Below are positions 59,827-64,000 of a stretch of DNA of 64,000 nt, one piece after another. The notes under the pieces are model-generated. The model was given only the letters and a program-made list of their open reading frames with translations. It was not told the origin of the DNA and searched no databases. Source of the stretch: Parcubacteria bacterium C7867-006 (GTDB taxonomy: Bacteria; Patescibacteriota; Minisyncoccia; Phycocordibacterales; DATDWN01); assembly GCA_001189155.1 (NCBI GenBank), contig LFCP01000001.1:23160-87159 (forward strand), given 5' to 3'. The translations under genes and the position numbers were made by a program. Numbering within the stretch: position 1 is the stretch's first letter; every line of letters begins with the position of its first letter.

Positions 59827-59837
59827 TTAAAAATTAT

Positions 59838-60416
59838 ATGGAACCAATTGTTACAAAAACAGAAGAAGTAATAGCAGAGACTCTACCAGTAGAGACTGCT
59901 TCTCCTGCACAAGATAAACAAGGAAGAGAATTCAAAAAGAATTCACGAAAAGGAGCTCCAAGAAGAGAAGCTAGAGTTAAGCCTGAATTTGATCAAAAAA
60001 TAATTGATATCAGAAGAGTGACTCGTGTTGTTACTGGAGGACGAAGATTTTCTTTCTCAGTATCAGTTGTTATTGGAGACCGTAAAGGACGTGTTGGTGT
60101 TGGAATGGGTAAGGCAGGGGATACTCCTGTTGCTATTGATAAGGCTGTTAGAGATGCGCGAAAAAATATGATCAAAGTGAATCTAACAAAAAATTCTTCT
60201 GTTCCTCATGAAGCTGATGCAAAATACTCAAGTTCAAGGATATTGATTATGCGAGCTCCAGGTAAAGGAGTTTTGGCTGGATCTTCTGTTCGTGTAGTTT
60301 TGGAGCTTGCTGGAATAAAAGAAGTCAGTGCAAAAATATTCTCTAGAAGTAAAAACAAAATCAATAACGCAAAGGCTGCTATCAAAGCGCTAAGCAAAAT
60401 GAAAGCTGTTAAATAA
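59838..60416 (+). CDS. rpsE: 30S ribosomal protein S5
   Basis: RVTRVVTGGRRFSF, VLELAGI. Confidence 0.96.
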   Translation: MEPIVTKTEEVIAETLPVETASPAQDKQGREFKKNSRKGAPRREARVKPEFDQKIIDIRRVTRVVTGGRRFSFSVSVVIGDRKGRVGVGMGKAGDTPVAIDKAVRDARKNMIKVNLTKNSSVPHEADAKYSSSRILIMRAPGKGVLAGSSVRVVLELAGIKEVSAKIFSRSKNKINNAKAAIKALSKMKAVK

Positions 60417-60437
60417 TATTGATTTAATAAAAAAGCC

Positions 60438-60878
60438 ATGCAAAATCATAATTTAAAAAGAAAAACAAAAAATAAGAAGCACCGACAGATGGGGCGAGGA
60501 GGAACTCGTGGTAAAACTTCTGGACGAGGTACAAAAGGACAGAATGCTAGAGCGGGTCACAAAAAGCGACCAGAAATCCGAGATTTCATCAAAAGAATTC
60601 CAAAGATGAGAGGACGAGGAAAAAATCTTAACACAGGTATTCAATCTAAATACTCAGTAGTTAATATTGGTCTTTTGAATAAACTATGTAAAAACGGTGA
60701 TACCATATCTCCAGAGACATTGGTAAAACACAATGTTCTATCTATGAACAAGGGTTCTCTTCCAAAGGTAAAAATTTTGGCAAAAGGAGAGCTAGATAAA
60801 AAACTATCTTTTGAAGGTTGTTTAGTTTCAGCTACTGCAAGAGTAGCTATTGAGAAAGCAGGTGGTAGTGTAAAATAA
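60438..60878 (+). CDS. rplO: 50S ribosomal protein L15
   Basis: GKTSGRGTKGQNAR, IEKAGG. Confidence 0.95.
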   Translation: MQNHNLKRKTKNKKHRQMGRGGTRGKTSGRGTKGQNARAGHKKRPEIRDFIKRIPKMRGRGKNLNTGIQSKYSVVNIGLLNKLCKNGDTISPETLVKHNVLSMNKGSLPKVKILAKGELDKKLSFEGCLVSATARVAIEKAGGSVK

Positions 60879-60882
60879 TAAT

Positions 60883-62154
60883 ATGAAAGACTTCTTCAAT
60901 AAATTTTCTCTCGTCTTTGCTGATAAAATCCTAAGACGACGAATATTTTTCACACTTTTTGCTCTAGTAATATTTAGAGTTCTTGCTTCTATTCCAGTTC
61001 CAGGAGTTGATCATGGTAGACTAGCTCAGTTTTTCTCAAGCAACGAATTTTTCGGTCTACTTAATATTTTCTCTGGAGGAGGACTTTCACAACTTTCTAT
61101 TGTTATGCTAGGAGTTGGTCCTTATATTACTGGTTCAATCATAATGCAGCTTTTGACTATCATGTCTCCTAGATTAAAGGAGATGTATCAGGAAGAAGGG
61201 GAAGCAGGAAGAATGAAGTTTGCTCAATACTCAAGACTTATAACTGTGCCTTTAGCAGTGCTTCAGTCATTTAGCTTTATAAAACTTTTAGAAAGTCAGG
61301 GTGTAATAGCTCATTTGTCACCATTGGCTTTAATTACAAATATTTTAGTAATAACAGCAGGTTCAGTTCTACTTATGTGGATTGGAGAACTTATTTCTGA
61401 GTTTGGAATTGGTAATGGTATGAGTCTCATTATCTTCTCTGGTATTGTTGCTTCTCTACCAACAGAGATAAGTCAGTTAGCATTTGCTTTTGATGTATCA
61501 CAGATACCTGTTTATCTAGCTTTTGCGGCAGTCGCAGCTATTGTTATTGTTGCTGTAGTTGTTATTACAGAAGCCGAAAGACCAATACCGGTAACATATG
61601 CAAAGCAGGTTAGAGGAAATAGAGTTTATGGTGGAACTTCAACATATCTACCACTAAGAATAAATCAAGCTGGAGTTATTCCAATTATTTTTGCTTTGTC
61701 TATTCTTCTTTTCCCTCAGATGATTTTGAGATTTTTGCAGAATTCAAGTCACGCTATTGTAAAAACAGTTTCATCTGCAGTTTTGGGAGTTTTGGCTAAC
61801 AGCTGGTTCTATGCAATAGCATATTTCCTACTAGTATTTATATTCACATATTTCTATACAGCAGTTACTTTTGATCCAGATCAGATTGCAAACAACCTTC
61901 AGAAAAACGGAGCATTTATTCCAGGAGTTAGACCAGGAAAATCTACTTCAGAGCATATCGCTAGAATACTAACTAGACTTACTCTTGTCGGTGCGCTATT
62001 CCTAGGTTTCATCGCAGTTCTTCCGTTAATCATGAGAGGTGTTACAGGTATCACAGCTGTTTCAGTTGGAGGTACAGCTCTTCTTATCGTAGTTTCTGTA
62101 GTTATTGATTTGATTAAGCGAGTTGATGCTCAGGCTTCAATCCGAGAATATTAA
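60883..62154 (+). CDS. secY: Preprotein translocase subunit SecY
   Basis: LGVGPYITGSII, GIGNGMSLII, AGVIPIIFA, IPGVRPG. Confidence 0.97.
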   Translation: MKDFFNKFSLVFADKILRRRIFFTLFALVIFRVLASIPVPGVDHGRLAQFFSSNEFFGLLNIFSGGGLSQLSIVMLGVGPYITGSIIMQLLTIMSPRLKEMYQEEGEAGRMKFAQYSRLITVPLAVLQSFSFIKLLESQGVIAHLSPLALITNILVITAGSVLLMWIGELISEFGIGNGMSLIIFSGIVASLPTEISQLAFAFDVSQIPVYLAFAAVAAIVIVAVVVITEAERPIPVTYAKQVRGNRVYGGTSTYLPLRINQAGVIPIIFALSILLFPQMILRFLQNSSHAIVKTVSSAVLGVLANSWFYAIAYFLLVFIFTYFYTAVTFDPDQIANNLQKNGAFIPGVRPGKSTSEHIARILTRLTLVGALFLGFIAVLPLIMRGVTGITAVSVGGTALLIVVSVVIDLIKRVDAQASIREY

Positions 62155-62288
62155 TTAGTTTTTTGTTCTGTTTCGTTACATTGAATTTGTAGAAAAGAAA
62201 AAACAGTGTTGGAATATTAAATATTTTGACACTGTTTTTTCTTTTCTATAGACTGGCATAAGAGTTGTTAAAGAGAGGAGGCGATAAG

Positions 62289-62993
62289 GTGGCAGATTGG
62301 AAAAAGAGCAAACCTAGAAGAGACTGGAATGCTCCTCCGAAGAAGTACGCAGGCCTACCACCCCCTCCAAAAGAGGCTGTGGCTAGGTATGTCGAGATGC
62401 TCGACAAAATCCCCAGACCAGGAAGGGTCATTGATTGGGGGCTTAGGGAAGGTGACCAGTTGCTCGTGAGCTGGCTTCCTCCATACGTAGCTGATGGTTC
62501 TCCACAAGGTGATATAAGAGGGTGTCAGATCGCAGTTCTGCGAGACGGCAAGTATCTTCTTTGGAGCGCTCGGCTCCTAATGAAGGACCCAACTGAAACT
62601 TACCTTTGTGCTCCATACCTAACATCCAAGAAGGATGTCGGCCACTTTGTTGATCTCATTGCGCGACTCTCCGGTTACGCTTTGCAGGTGAATGTAGAGG
62701 CTACAACATCCTTCAGGGCTGTGCTGGTGGATTCTGGTAATGAAGTTAGTCGCCGTGTGGTTCGTGGCGACGAGCTTTACTACAGCTTCGCATCCAGAAT
62801 ATTCACTGTTTCTCGCTCTCACATGACAATTGATATGAACCTTTATCATCCAACTGACTCTGGTATTATCATTGAGGCTAGGACTCCATACCTCAATGCT
62901 ATTCACCATGGTGTTGCGCTGGTGCACTTGGCCGCTGAGGTCAACGGGTTCATGCCAAAGTGTGTGGGTAACAACAAGTACGTTTGTGTGTAG
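62289..62993 (+). CDS. Hypothetical protein in GC-rich solo cassette F
   Basis: TTGACA-17-TAGACT, GAGGAGG SD then GTG at 62289, terminator GGCCGCGACGA...TCGTCGCGGCC. Confidence 0.7.
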   Translation: MADWKKSKPRRDWNAPPKKYAGLPPPPKEAVARYVEMLDKIPRPGRVIDWGLREGDQLLVSWLPPYVADGSPQGDIRGCQIAVLRDGKYLLWSARLLMKDPTETYLCAPYLTSKKDVGHFVDLIARLSGYALQVNVEATTSFRAVLVDSGNEVSRRVVRGDELYYSFASRIFTVSRSHMTIDMNLYHPTDSGIIIEARTPYLNAIHHGVALVHLAAEVNGFMPKCVGNNKYVCV

Positions 62994-63076
62994 TTAGGCC
63001 GCGACGATGTTCTCGTCGCGGCCGGCTTGTTTACATTATATGAGCAATATTTATATATTTTGGTATAATTCTTTTT

Positions 63077-63667
63077 ATGACACCACAAACTTTTATATTT
63101 ATAGGGCGTTCTGGATGCGGAAAGGGAACACAGGCGGCACTGATACAAGAATTAATAAAACAAAAAGATCCAACAGGCGAGGTGTCTTATATTGAAACAG
63201 GAGCTCAGTTCAGAGAGTTCATAAAAGGTTCTGGTTTCTCAAATAAACTTTCAAATAAAATATATGAGAATGGAGAAAGACAACCAGACTTTTTAGCTAT
63301 ATGGATGTGGGCGCATCTTCTTTTGGAAAAATTTAAAGGAACAGAGCATTTAGTTTTTGATGGAATAAATCGATCTTTAGCAGAAGCTATGGCTTTTACT
63401 ACTGCTTTAGAGTTTTATGGTAGACGGGCAACCATTGTTTTTATAAATGTTAGTAGAGAGTGGTCAAAAACAAGACTTTTGGAAAGAAAAAGATCAGATG
63501 ATATAAATCCCGCTGAAGTAGAAAAAAGATTGAATTGGTTTGATAGGGATTCAGCTCCCGCTATAGCTTATTTTAAGGTAAATGATAAATATGACCTTAT
63601 TCAGGTTGATGGTGAGAGGACTATTGAGGAAGTTCATGATGATATTGTGTCCAGAGTTAGTTGGTAG
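63077..63667 (+). CDS. adk: Adenylate kinase family NMP kinase (short LID)
   Basis: GRSGCGKGTQA P-loop, R.DD, position between secY and map. Confidence 0.85.
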   Translation: MTPQTFIFIGRSGCGKGTQAALIQELIKQKDPTGEVSYIETGAQFREFIKGSGFSNKLSNKIYENGERQPDFLAIWMWAHLLLEKFKGTEHLVFDGINRSLAEAMAFTTALEFYGRRATIVFINVSREWSKTRLLERKRSDDINPAEVEKRLNWFDRDSAPAIAYFKVNDKYDLIQVDGERTIEEVHDDIVSRVSW

Positions 63668-63682
63668 TAGTATCAATCTATC

Positions 63683-64000
63683 GTGATTTATATAAAAACA
63701 CAGGAGGAAATAGCTATTCTAAGAGAGGGGGGAAAGCGCCATGCTTATATTCTTGCAGAAGTGGCAAAAAAAGTAGCTCCAGGAGTTTCAACACAACACT
63801 TAGAGGATTATGCCCAGAAACTTATTCATGAAGGTGGAGACACTGCGGCTTTTTTTAATTACACACCAAGAGGGGCAAAAAGACCATATCCAGCAGCTTT
63901 GTGTGTTTCAGTAAACAATGAAATTGTTCACGGTATTCCAAATGAAGACCCTATTATATTGCAAGATGGAGATGTAGTATCTCTGGATCTAGGTCTGGTC
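63683..64000 (+). CDS. map: Methionine aminopeptidase type I (5' part)
   Basis: IKTQEEIAILREGG...YPAALCVSVNNEIVHGIP...DGDVVSLDLG. Confidence 0.92.
   Translation, partial: MIYIKTQEEIAILREGGKRHAYILAEVAKKVAPGVSTQHLEDYAQKLIHEGGDTAAFFNYTPRGAKRPYPAALCVSVNNEIVHGIPNEDPIILQDGDVVSLDLGLV

Noticed and set aside
60417-60437. Absence of rpmD (L30) between rpsE and rplO
   Set aside because: Established feature of CPR bacteria; useful for taxonomy but not novel
1-64000. CRISPR array, prophage, IS transposase, reverse transcriptase or alternative genetic code
   Set aside because: No regularly spaced repeats or such genes were seen. ORFs are intact under code 11, with TGA acting as stop (rsmA)

Overview
AT-rich bacterial chromosome segment (standard code 11), most likely Patescibacteria/CPR (Parcubacteria-like). 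This assignment is inferred from the missing rpmD, type IV pilus genes, split ComEC, PPIase-less trigger factor and mostly SD-less genes. The window holds housekeeping genes (rsmA, pcrA, comM, Xer recombinase, xth, cca, rny, clpP, nusA, recJ, rnhA, tpiA, pgk, ppa, sod), a pilB-pilC-pilin cluster, four intact tRNAs and the str/S10/spc ribosomal cluster through secY-adk-map. The most unusual signals are non-coding. (1) A tRNA-Pro(TGG) is nested inside the anticodon loop of a second, split tRNA-Pro(GGG). (2) Homologous structured trailers sit behind both tRNA-Gly genes. (3) At least two families of dispersed palindromic elements have conserved cores and copy-specific, covarying arms. (4) Six GC-rich single-gene cassettes each carry a promoter, a GGAGG SD and a terminator, in a genome that is otherwise leaderless or SD-less. 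(5) Two to three promoter-to-terminator units without ORFs look like unannotated structured RNAs. (6) A parS/DnaA-box cluster extends into the yraN coding sequence. All family calls come from reading motifs by eye; no searches were run.
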